Part shown: positions 10,901 through 22,900 of the stretch, one piece after another
Position numbering within the stretch: position 1 is the first letter of the stretch
How the letters are laid out: each line of letters starts with the position of its first letter
The notes under the pieces: model-generated
Told to the model about the DNA's origin: nothing
What the model saw: only the letters and a program-made list of their open reading frames with translations
Databases searched by the model: none
Translations under genes and position numbers: made by a program
DNA from: Catajapyx aquilonaris
Taxonomy: Eukaryota
Direction: 5' to 3'
Length of the DNA stretch: 64,000 bases
Assembly (NCBI GenBank): GCA_000934665.2
Contig: JYFJ02001991.1
Span: 1 to 64,000, forward strand

Positions 10901-13900
10901 TGCAATATTTCCGATAACTGTTCCGACAAAAAAGTTGAAACACCCTGTATACATATCAGAGTGGACATGGATGGAGGCTACCTGCTTTGAAAGCATCCTA
11001 AGTGGAGGCTAGAGTAAAATAATAAGCAGATTGTTTTCAACCAGTGTGTTAATGGACCATTACCACGGTCCAGCTGACCCTTTTGAATGTCACAGGGAGG
11101 GCTATGGAGGTCAGATTCACAATAGAGTGAACCTGCGTCGAGGCTACCTGCTTTGTATCTAGTCGTGTAACTGTCTAAGTAGAGGCTAAACAGATTGTTT
11201 GCGACCAGTGTATTCTTGGACCCTTACCAAGGCCCTTTGGATGATATAGGACCATAAGTGATGACCTAGGCAGGTCACATTCTACATATAGTATAACCAC
11301 TCTCAGAAAGGGACGCATGATGACGTACGTTTCATTTAATTTCATTTATATCTTGTTACTATTAATTTTACCAGTAATTTAAACCAGTGTATTCTTGGAC
11401 CCTTACCAAGGTCCTGGCGACCCTTTGGATGATATAGGACCATAGGTGATGGCCTAGGCAGGTCAGATTCTACATATAGTATAACCACTCTCAGAAAGGG
11501 ACGTATGTTTCATATACCACCAATTTAATTTAAATTTTGTTACTATTAATTTTAAACCTCAACTTTGCCCACACTCCACCTCCTGAATCTGACAACCGTC
11601 CACGAACCCAATTAACGTACTTTTCTACAATAGTAACGAGTTTTTGTCCTCTCATTACAAAATCTGCCAACTGAAGAATCAACCCAACAGATATGACAAA
11701 AATCCTCTCTAGTTTCACTCAAAAAAAAAGAAAAAAAAGCTTCTGGATAGAATTTGGAGCCACAATGGAGAACTTTTTGGAAGGAAATCGTTGTCAGAAA
11801 GGGGAGTCTGTCCAAGGGGGGAAAAGGAAAATTGGAGGATGCGTCTTCTCCCCGTAACTTCGCATCCGGGACCTTCTGAGAGGACTTCTTGCAAGTCCCA
11901 CGAGGCAAGAGGCCAGGAAATGAAATTTGAAGGTCTAGAAGGCTCCTTCCCATTGGTACAAAAAAAAATCTTGAAGAAAAAAACGTTTTTTTTCCTCCCC
12001 TGAAGAGGGCAGCACCAGAATGAACCTTTGCCTGTTTATGTACCCTCTACTCTCCCCCTTCTCCCCCTTTTCCTCTTGACTTGCAAAATAAGATTAGGGG
12101 AGAGTCTGCAGTGAAACATTACGGGGATTAAAATTTGCAGGCTTGCCTTTGCATTGTTATAATCGGATTGGGATGGACTAGGGGGGGGGGGGGAAGCTTC
12201 AGGAGAGATGGAAAGTGGGTGCAATTAGTAAATAAACTTGTGGATTTATGGGTGCATTCGTTGGGCGCCATTGTTAGGTCACCTCCTTAGGTTCCTTAGT
12301 CAGTGGCAGTAGTATGAAAAAAAACACTGCCCCCAGCACAGATCGGTTATAGTAGACCTTCCCCTTATGCCACTTCGGATATTATTTACTTATCCCCCCC
12401 CCCCCCATTCGGAGAATCGGCGCTCCATTAGGGGGGTGGAATACCACCATTTTAGCACTCAATTTTTCTGAAAATTTTCACACATGGGTGGGGCCAAGGA
12501 TAGGGAAGGAAAGAAGCGGCTGTGGCCTATTATACGGAAGCGACACCGGAATTATCCTGGGGGGACCGTGGAAAACCGTGGAAAACAACAGAAAACCACA
12601 GAAAACCACGGTCAGGATCGCCGGCCCTGGAATCGAACCCAGGATCTCCCGATTTAGCAGTCGGACTCCTTAACCACTATACAAACCTGCATCGGCCAAT
12701 GCCTCTTCGGATATAGTAGACCAGAGTCCCACCCCAGAAGATCCCGGACGTTATTTTAACGACTTTCATGTCAATTTCACGTGAAACTTGACGTGATATT
12801 GACGTTAAAAGTCGTTAAAATAACGTCAGGGATCATCTTCTGGGGTGGGACTCTGGTCTACTATATCCGAAGTGGCATAAGGACAGGGTGTACTATATCC
12901 GATCTGTGCTGGGTCCAGTGTTGTCCGTACTACTAGTGGCCCAATAATACAGAGACCAAGGAGTTATTCCGAGTTATTGACATGCATTTTTTGAGGACAC
13001 GGACTACCCGGACTACCCCTGGACTACCTCGGACTTAACTCTACTGCCAGCAACCTATTCACAAATGTCTCACAACTGTTTACAAAGAAGGTATAGCCTC
13101 TACCCAGCATTAATAGCCTCCAGTTAGGCTGTCTCACGACTGTTTCCAAGGGCTCCACCCTGGGCGTCATTGTGACGGACCTCCTTAGATCCTCATGTCT
13201 CCTCAAGGTCCAACGACCTTATTAGACCTAGCCTCCTGTCCGGCTCTCTCCCGACTATTTACAAGCAGGTAGCCTCCAGGTCCACTACCTCGCCAGCGCC
13301 ATTTAGCGCCGGACGCGAGGGGTTATTCTCTAAGGGTAGTCCGCGTACACCTTCATAGGTAGTTCGTGTACGCAAAAAATGTAAGCGAATAACCCCTTGG
13401 GCGGACCTCACATTTTAACTGAAAAGTTAATTGTTACAATGAATCAAATTGTCCCAAGGACATCCGGCTGTATATTTGACCTTGGCGGATTAGTCCGGGC
13501 CCTAAGCGCAAAAATCAGGCCTAACCTTGCACTTTGTGATAAGGTGCCACTTGGCACATATGTTCCTTAGGCCTATAGGAGCAATTCCAGAGTTGCAGAC
13601 AACTGATCGGCCCCTTAGGTCACGAGTTATGCGGTGTTGCCAACATGGCCGGGGATGACCTGACGTTGCATTTTGTGATAAGAAGGTAAACCCAGAAAAC
13701 CGGAAGTGTCTGGTCAACGGAAATTGACCCGAAAGCCTCTTTAGGGTATGCTGATTCCGAATCCGTTATCGGTTTGTCGCTATCTCATATGGTTTAGGCC
13801 CTGATACCTGTCCACAGACGGACAGAGCCGTTCTATGCTATTTTTTGAAGTGAAAAAGTCTAAATTGGCTATTGATATAGATGATTCCTTACACTTACAT

Positions 13901-16900
13901 TGTTCCAAAAAAATCTATGCGAACATATGTACTTTTTACGACTTTTGTCGTCCCCTCTACCACCATGGTACCATAGCCTCTCTGTCCTCTTTCCCTTCGG
14001 AACATTAGCCATGATGAGGCGAGCCAGGAAGGGCCGATTAACGCTTGATGGTCAAGCTCTTCCCTCCCCGCCATCCCCCCATCTCCCCACCTCTCGTACG
14101 TCAGATAACACGCTAATGTCCAATCCCATGCGTGGAACACTTTCACCACCCCTTCCTCCCCCCAAAAAATGTCTCCTGTTAACCCAAATTTGCCTCAAGT
14201 TTTACTACCAGCCATTTTACTGGCCGGATATCCACTTAAGCCAATAAGGCAGAATTTTTTACTGTCCGATACAAGTTTTACAGGGAGGTACAAAAGTGCT
14301 GGGGTTTACAAAAAACCAGGTTGTAAATCAAGATGAAGGACTCAATAGATGAGTTTAGTGTCGCCATCTTGAGTCTAATTTCCAATCTCATCTTTTTTTT
14401 AAAGGTCTAATTGGGTCGGAGCCATTTTTTGAGCTGGATTGATAGTCGGCCATTTTTGAGCAGAATTGATCGTCGCCATTTTTGAGCCTGAAGAGTGGGG
14501 AGGGGGGGTAGACTTGTTGCGCCAGCAGTGATAAGATGGACAAAAAGTTTATGGGTTCAGAACAGTGGCAATGTCTGGTTTATTGCCTCGGCTGGCAGGG
14601 CTGTAATGAAAAATGGTGACCTCTGGATGGAGTCGTTTGGAAATGTCACCAGAAGGACCCGAAGGGAGTTTTACGGCGCGGCGGTAAGTTACGTTTTGTG
14701 GCCGGGTTAGTGCTCGTAGCCTTTTGGAGGGTGGAGGGAGGGGGAGGGGGGTTTTATTTAGCGCGATTTTGCAGTGCTTGATAGTACCTATGACATGCTA
14801 TGGATGCTGACTATTGTTGGGCATCAGTCTGAAGAGGGAGATAAGTAATGTTACATTGACAATGGTTAGTATATTTCCAACCTGCAGTAATATAATTTTT
14901 AGTTCATTTCCAACCTTCAGTAATATAATTTTAAGTTTGTTTTAAATCTCAAGTTGGGTTCTGATCTTCAGTAATTTTTACAATAATTTGGTAATACGGT
15001 ATAGATTTTATTTTTTGTAGTGATATACGGTATATTTTTTGTAGTTTTAAATAATTTTATTAACATAATTATTATAATAGCGTTTATTATATTTATAACA
15101 ATTTTCTGATGGCTATAACAATTTTCAGTTTTTAAATAATAATTGTAGCCAATTTTATGCGGTAATTGGATATTTTAAGTTATAGAATTATGTGCAATAA
15201 TTTAAATTTTAATACTCGCATTTTTAATTTGGGTTTAATGCCTAAAATTATGCAAGTTTCTAATATTTTAAATTTTTCAGATTTTAAAATTACGACATTG
15301 TTTATTAATCTTAACTTAAGTAAAATAGTAATGTGAACTAATCAGCGATTTTTCCTTAATTTACGTTCTTAAAACCAGACCTGAAACTGACCAAATCTTG
15401 CATGAAGTATATAAGGGAAAGTTTGTTTGTCTGTCTGTCCATGGCAACTCCCAATTGATTAAAAATTGCCTAAAATTAACATTAACTTGAAATTAAACTT
15501 GGTTTTTTTGCAAGTCCACATCTCCCTTTAAACGTGGAAAAAACACTGGCGATGCTAAAACCGAAACTAGATCAGACTTGACTTCCCTTCGTCAAATTAG
15601 TCTGAAGCAATTCCGTTGTCAATTGATATCCAAGGGGAGTGGTAGGCGTCCATGTATATCAGCCTCGGGATTGGCCGCCAATTAACCCACATTTGGTGAA
15701 AGGAAACTGATGCATCGCATGTCGACCCCGCAAATTATTATTGCGTCATCGGCCGTTAACTGGCTCCGACCATGCAATACCCCCACTGGTTTTGATACCT
15801 CTCTAGTCACCCATCCCTTCAAGCTATAGCTCGATAATGTGATTAAGGTAGTGCCAGAGAGAAACAGGGGTTGCGACACTGGCTTTAACAGGTATGACCG
15901 TCCACGGCATGGATTTACCTCCGTACTATGGCCAACTAAATAGATGGTAAAGGGGGGTTCACACTAGCTGACGGGAGCATACGAAAAGAACGATCCGAAA
16001 GAGTGGACCAATCAGAGCCCACTTGAGGATGACGAAAAGTGAAAGGGATTACGAAACGGAAAAGACGGGAGAAATCAACTTTTGACGGACACGGAATACG
16101 GAATACGTAGGGTTACGGACCTATCCACCAATGGAAGAGCCAGGAAAGCGGCAGGGGTGTGGCGAGCGAAAGTGAAAGGGAATGTAGGGGTAGCGCCGGC
16201 AGCGCCTCTGGTGGGGGAAGGACGAAGGACCTTAGTCGCGACGCGGGAGCCGGGGCAAGCGGGCCTGGGGAGACGGGAGAAAAGAAGGGGTACCGGTCCG
16301 AAGGGAGGGAGAGCCCCAGGGAGTGTCCTGCCAGAGAGTTCAAGCACAGCGCATGCGCTGCGGGATCCAGAGGCTAAAGCCACGCCACTCGCTTTTGTGT
16401 CTGAACACTTTTCCCCTCTTTCCGTTCGTTCCGTCATACCGTTCCGTTCGTTTCGTATGCTACCGTCAGCTAGTGTGAACCAGCCTTAAGACCCTGTCGT
16501 ACCTTGAGACAAATCTTGTGGTTGCGAGAAACCTTTGGGTCGCGATAAACCTTAGCGTCGTTTCGCGATAAACCTTATAGCATCGGTCGCACAACCGAGC
16601 TCTTTGCGACTGACAAAAATTGACTTACCTAGGTCCTGTCGGACCGACTAGAGGCATGCGACTGTTTCTATTTTGGTCGGTTTGGCGGTCGCATGCCTCT
16701 AGTCGTTCCGACCGGACCTAGGGAAGCCAATTTTTGTCGGACGCAAAGCGTCTGGTCGTGAGAAACCTGAGGGTAGTAACGAACCTTAGCGACGCATCGC
16801 GACAAACCGTAGCGTTGCATCGCGACAAACCATAACGTCGCGTCGTGACAAACCTGAAGATAGAGACAATACTGAGGATTGACCAAGCCTGATGGTTGAG

Positions 16901-19900
16901 ACAAAGACTGTCTCTACAGCATCTTCTCGCCTTTTCTTTCCACACAAAATGCAAGTGACCGTCTGTCGTTCCTCAACCTCGGCACCACCAGAAACCCGGT
17001 ATTGCATTTCAAACAGCCTCTCTTTTGGACCCCTTTTCTTGGTTCCCTCTGTTCCAGATTTTTTTCCAGAGAAAGTCCTGTCTCCGCTGGCTCTCCTGCA
17101 CTGCTTCAAATGACATTAAGCAGCGTCGACAGCTTTGGGGAAGAAGATGGGGAGGAAAGAAGAAGGAGGAGGGTACACTCGGATTTAAGAAGAAGAAGAC
17201 GCTGCGTGACCCAGAATAAGAAGCTAATGTGATTGAGGACTTTGAACTTTGTTCTAGGGCCTCGTTTTATTCCAGGAATTCTTTTTCATTGGGAACTGGT
17301 GGAGGTTGGATCGGGACAAGGAACTGATTGTTGTCAAGGAGTTGATATCAGGGGGATAACGATGAGGATTGGTAATATTGGGTGGATTTCATTGATCAGA
17401 CTTGGCATGGCTTGCCCAGACTTGATAGGACTTGACCAGACTTGCTCAGATTTGCTCAGATTTGCCCAGATTTGCCCAGACCTGCTCGGACTTGCCTAGA
17501 CTTGCCTAGACGTGCCTAGATTTGCCCGGGCTTGCTCAGACAGGTTCATACTGCTCGCACTTGCCTGCACTTTCTCAGGCCTGCACGGGCAAGTACTGGC
17601 CTGCTCTGACTTGCTCATACTTTCCAGACTTGCCAGTACATGCTCGGACTTGCTTAGACTGGCTCAGATTTGCCCGTACTTGCCCATGCTTGCTCAGACT
17701 TGTTCAAGCATGCCCTGGCATGCTCAGACTTGCCCAGACTTGCTCACACTTGCTCACACTTGCTCACACTTGCTCTGCCATTAGCAACTAATACGCGCCT
17801 GTTCCAAACGGAACTGTTCAGGGCCTGATCACACTTGCCCAGACTTACTCACTGCCAGATTTGCCCAGACCTGCTTAGACGTGCTCAAACTTGATGGTAT
17901 CAGTAACTAATAAGCACTTGTCCCAAGCGGAACAGTTCAGACAGACCTGAACCATTTTGCACCCTTTGTTTAATCCTGTTCCAAAAGGGGCTGCCGGAGT
18001 TTCATTCGCAACAGGAAAGAAACCCACTCTAGTCACGTACTAGAAACATAACCAGGGTCCTGTACAGCAGTTGGAAGAGCCCAGCCTTGCATGTCTAAAG
18101 ACCTATTTAGTATACGTGGCAGCTATTTGCAATTTGGCCTCTTCGATCCATCGGACCACCTTTTGTTTCCGGGATTCATGTTTTTTTTAGGTAGGGGATG
18201 GAGGGGTGGATTCCTCCCTACCCTCCCCACTTTTTGTGCGTGTCCACAGAATGGTCTAGAGGGGAGGCTTTCACAAGGGTTATTAGTCGCTCGTTTTTCA
18301 CTCCTGGTGACGGCATGAAAAATGGAAGGATGGTAAGACTTGGTAATGTTACCACTCCTTTTTGGCCTGAAGCCGTCCTATGGGGCGGTGGGGTGGTAAT
18401 TGAAAAGATGCTGCAATCGGCCAAGGGAAAAACATGACGGATGAAGGCCTTCCAGGATAAGGCGGAGGGTTTGACCGTTGGGGGAAGGCGTATCCGGCAT
18501 CCGAAGGATTAATGGACGTCTCAAGCGCGTGCTTAAGCGCGGACGTCGGCGCGATCCTCACCAGGGTGTCTCATAATCAGTCTAGAAATCTGAAGATATG
18601 CCTCCAACGGATTCTTAAGCTCCAAACTATGCTTCGGTTAAAGAGTCAGCTTGTACTAATAATTCCTACTAGGTAAGAGTCCGCTTAAGCGCTAGCTTAC
18701 TGCTTCATAAAGGTAAGAATCTGCTTAAGTGTGGCCTTACCGTTTTCTACTTAGCAGGAGTCTGCTTAAGTGCCCGCTTACCACTTCTTACTGCAGTACT
18801 CACATCCGAATTTCTCAAAAAATTGGCATGTCCTCAATATTGCGACCTCTCTGGTTAACCAATGCACGTTAGGGTTTCAAAATAGTATTTCGGATGGCCA
18901 GCACTGTACCCACCAATCAGATCGCTGAGAAGTAATGCTGTGGGAACTCTGGGTAAAAGTTCGCTTAAGCGCCCTTACTGATTCCTATAGGTAAGAATCC
19001 GCTTAAGTGTGACCTTACTGCTTCCTACTAGCTAAAAGTCCGCTTAAGCGCCCGCTTACCACTTCCTATAGGTAAGAGTCTGCTTAAGCGTGGTCTTACT
19101 CTTTCCTACTAGGAAAGACTCCAGTTAAGCGTGGTCTTACTTTTTCCTACTAAGTAAGACTCCAGTTAAGCGTGGTCTTACTTTTTCCTACTAAGTAAGA
19201 CTCCAGTTAAGCGTGGTCTTACTCTTTCCTACTAGGAAAGACTCCAGTTAAGCGTGGTCTTACTCTTTCCTACTAGGAAAGACTCCAGTTAAGCGTGGTC
19301 TTACTCTTTCCTACTAGGTAAGACTCCAGTTAAGTGCGGCCTTACCGATTCTTAAGAGGTGAGAATCTGCTTAAGCGTGCGCTTACTCCTTCCTACTACT
19401 TATTTCATCTGTTTTACACCCCCCAAAACATCCGAATCGTGTCCTGCATGCACCACGCTATTTCGAACCCCTCTCAACTCCCTCAAGTGCGCCATAAAAT
19501 TGTCCGTTTACGGTACCGGCACCGGGTTCGATGCACCCGATACCACTATGCTGTCCTCCGGGTGTGTCCGGGGTTTGACATCGCATTTATCCGGGGACAG
19601 GTTTCCCGCCTTGCTTCCACAAAAGAGCTGCGTCCGCGTCAGGAATCTGGAGGGATCGGGTGGCCCATAGAGGCCATAAAGAAAGCCGCCAAGGTAAGGA
19701 GGAAGAAGAGATGGAAGGTTTTTTGAAGAAAAGAAGTCTAGGAGTGTGTGTGGAAGTAGAAAAAATTTCTTCAGGTCACTTCTCGGGTCTCGCTCTTAAA
19801 TCTGTCCTGACGATGGGAGGTCCGGAATGCGATTATGCAAACTCCGCTCCCAAGATCCGGCCGACACCGTCCCTAGAGTACTTTACCATCGATCCCGTAG

Positions 19901-22900
19901 TCGGAAGGCTTGAAATAGGGTTCGAGAAAAGTGGGTGGGACGCCATTGCTAGGGGGTGGTCATCAACGGCCACTCATCTGACGGACACCGCGTTTGATGG
20001 TGGTCAACCGTGAGAGCGCGCTTGTCTAGGGGTTACATGGCGGCCTAACGATGCGGTACCTATGCTATAGGCCTCAGATTACAGTTTTGATGGTAATTAC
20101 AAGTAAACAGTCACTCTATGTTCATCAATCTAGTCCATTCCAGGCTAAAATAAGTTAAATTATCTATAAAAATGCAACTGATAGCTTAAAGGAACAGCTT
20201 TGGGCCTCTTATACTACAGACTCGCTACGCTCGGCGGCGCGGCGGGGCTTCGCCCATATTGCGCGACTTCGGCGCTTGGCGACCCCAACCGTTAGCACTA
20301 AATTCCGTTAAAAGAAAGAATGAAATGACGTCACGTTCAGCCCCTCCTCCAACCGGCTCTTCCATCAAATCATGTCACCGAATAGCTTTGCAAGCATACT
20401 ACTGCGCATGCTTAGAAAAAACAGCTGGTGTGACATATATTCTCCTAACTCAGAAAATTCATAAACAACTATAAACAAGATTGGCAAACCAAGCGAGCAT
20501 GATTCTAGGAGGCTTTTTCTCATCACCAAGAATATTGTTATTGAATAAAAACGACATAGAATGTTGTCACTCTTATTTCTCGTTGCCAAGGAAGCCTGTA
20601 ACTTAGTGTACCTGAAAACCCGGAAGAGGCCGGTTGACCACTGGTCCTCTAAATTCGAATCCGAAAACAGTTTGTCGCTATCTCCTGCGGTTTAGGCCCT
20701 GATACCTGTCCACGATGGACATAGCCGTTCTATAAGACTTTTTTGGCGATAAATATTGTAAAAATATTGTTCCTATACCCCATTTTGAACCATACAGTAC
20801 ACTACTAGTGCACAATATGAAGGAATGTGCTCTATTTACACCGTGTCAACTTGTCAGCTCCGCATTTTAATTTCGACCCCCCCCCCCCTCATTTCTATCG
20901 CCATACAAACTTCAAATTGCATTTATACATAGAGTTAATTTGATAGTCGCCACCCTGCCAAATACCACGCCAGCCACAAAACAAACACCCATCAAATCAA
21001 GTTAGCAATTTGGACAGCCCACCAATAGTCTATGAAGTACGGATCCCCATAACAATGCACAGGTTTTAGTTATGACTAGTTAAAATAAACGGTTCTATAA
21101 AGTTCTATCATTTTCTCCAGAGCCTTATTCTCTCCGGTCCCCCCCTTTTCCGGGCTCGTAGTTTATTCCCGTATAATCTGGTCACGGAAAACGCACCCAT
21201 CTCCCCGAACGAGCTCCCATTCGCATCTTCCGTAGACATTCAAATTTTCCCCCCGAGAAAAGCGATGACCCAATCATCTTTTTTAACGGCGACGCATCCA
21301 AGCTGCCTTTAAAGCTAATGGACTAAATATATTTTGGAAGGGTAAGTGCATATTTTGCAGAGGGCTTTTGGTTAGGTGGTTAAGAACAGATGAGTTACCG
21401 GTATAAAGTTTCTATACACGTCACTTCCGATTGAACTCCTAATGACGCTAACGGTGTGACTCCGGTAGACGCCAGTGTCATGGGCCCCTGAGGGGTGTCA
21501 TCACTCTCATGAACTCCCTTGAGGTGTTACCAGTATCATGAACTCCTTGAGGTGTTACCAGTATCATGAACTCCTCAGTGTGTCATGAGTGCCATGAATT
21601 CCCTAGAGGTCTCATAAATTACCCAGGGGTGTCATCATCTTTATGAACTCCCTTGAGATGTTTTAGACTCATGAACTTCCTTGAAGCGTCATCTCCCTTA
21701 TGAGCTCCCTAGAGGTGCTACAACTAGTCTCATGAAGTAACTCATTGCGTCATAAGATCGTCATGAACTCCCTAGATCGTACTACTAGGCTCATGAACTC
21801 CCTCGAGGTGCTACTATCCTCGTGAACACCCCATTGCGTCATGAGTGACATGAGCTCCCTAGAGGTTTTATGGACTACTCAGGGGTGTCATCATTTTTAT
21901 GAACTCCCTAGAGATCTTTCAGACTCACGAACTCCCTTGAAGCATCATCACCCTCATTAACTCCTCAGGGATTGTACGTCAAGAGTGGAGATGATACCAG
22001 TCTTATGAACTCCCTTGAGATGCAGCTAGACTTATGAACTCCTCGGGTGCATCATGAGTGCCATTAACTCCTTATAGGTCCCATGAACTACCCAGGAGTG
22101 TCATCACTTTCATGAACTCCCTTGTGGTATTACCAGTATCATGAACTCCCTAGAGGTGCTACCGGTCTCATGAACTCGTGCTACCAGTCTTCTGAACTCC
22201 CTTGAGGTGCTGTTAGACTCATGAACTCCTCAGGTGCGTCATGAGTGCCATGAACTCCCCAGGGTTGTTACCAGTATCATGATTTCCCTATAGGTGTTAT
22301 CACTTTCATGAACTCCCTAGAGGTGTGACCAGTCGCATGGACTCCCAAGATGTGTCATGAGTACCAATAACTCTCTACATGCGTCATGAGCCTCATGTAC
22401 TCTTAACGGAGTCACTCTAACCTGCCCATGCCCCCAATGCTTATCTCCCCTCCGGACACCCCGTCCTACCTCGTGATAAGACATGTCCCACCCAAGTTAT
22501 CTGGTTACGTTAAGGAGGCGTCCACCCGCAATCCGGACGAATGAAGGCCATTCAGAGACCCCCAGATGGCGTCCCCAAACTTCTCCCCAGGGCGATGTGA
22601 CTGTCGCCACCCCCTCCCCACCACTGCCATCCCCTCCAAAAACGATCCGGTGGACCAATGAAATAATCATTAACGTCTTTGAGAACATGTTCCTAGTGAG
22701 GACACATGGAATAATTGCAAGTCGGACATGCCTCCGTCGTAATTGCGACAGTGACATGTCGTTAATATTAGAGCAGTAATGCCCTCTTGTTTATTAGCAA
22801 GCGGGGGCCTGGTATTAAATATTTAAAACCTGGTCGTGTTCCTGGGCTGCTCACAGAAAATCCGGAAGTACTTCACTGTGAAAAGTAGTGTTGAATAAAA

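Larger units (their letters stand above)
10385..11500 (+). repeat. Dispersed/tandem repeat family D (core GACCTGGGTGGAGGCTACCTGCTTTG...GTCGTGT...CTAAGTAGAGGCTA)
   Basis: Several tandem units here. Other copies at ~3595-3690(+), 13080-13290(-), 28100-28170(-), 36105-36200(-), 37260-37340(+), 39295-39370(+), 45490-46220(+) and 58320-58720(-). Class unknown. Confidence 0.7.

Noticed and set aside
12620..12698. tRNA-Ser(GCT)-like sequence (also at ~30765, ~38920, ~51710, ~53010 and ~55040)
   Set aside because: No intact acceptor stem or Ser variable arm; continues into a shared body and tail with TSDs, so these are SINE heads, not tRNA genes
16075..16489. Four overlapping ORFs inside the Harbinger-like MITE
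   Set aside because: No DDE or Myb/SANT motifs; GC-rich non-coding interior
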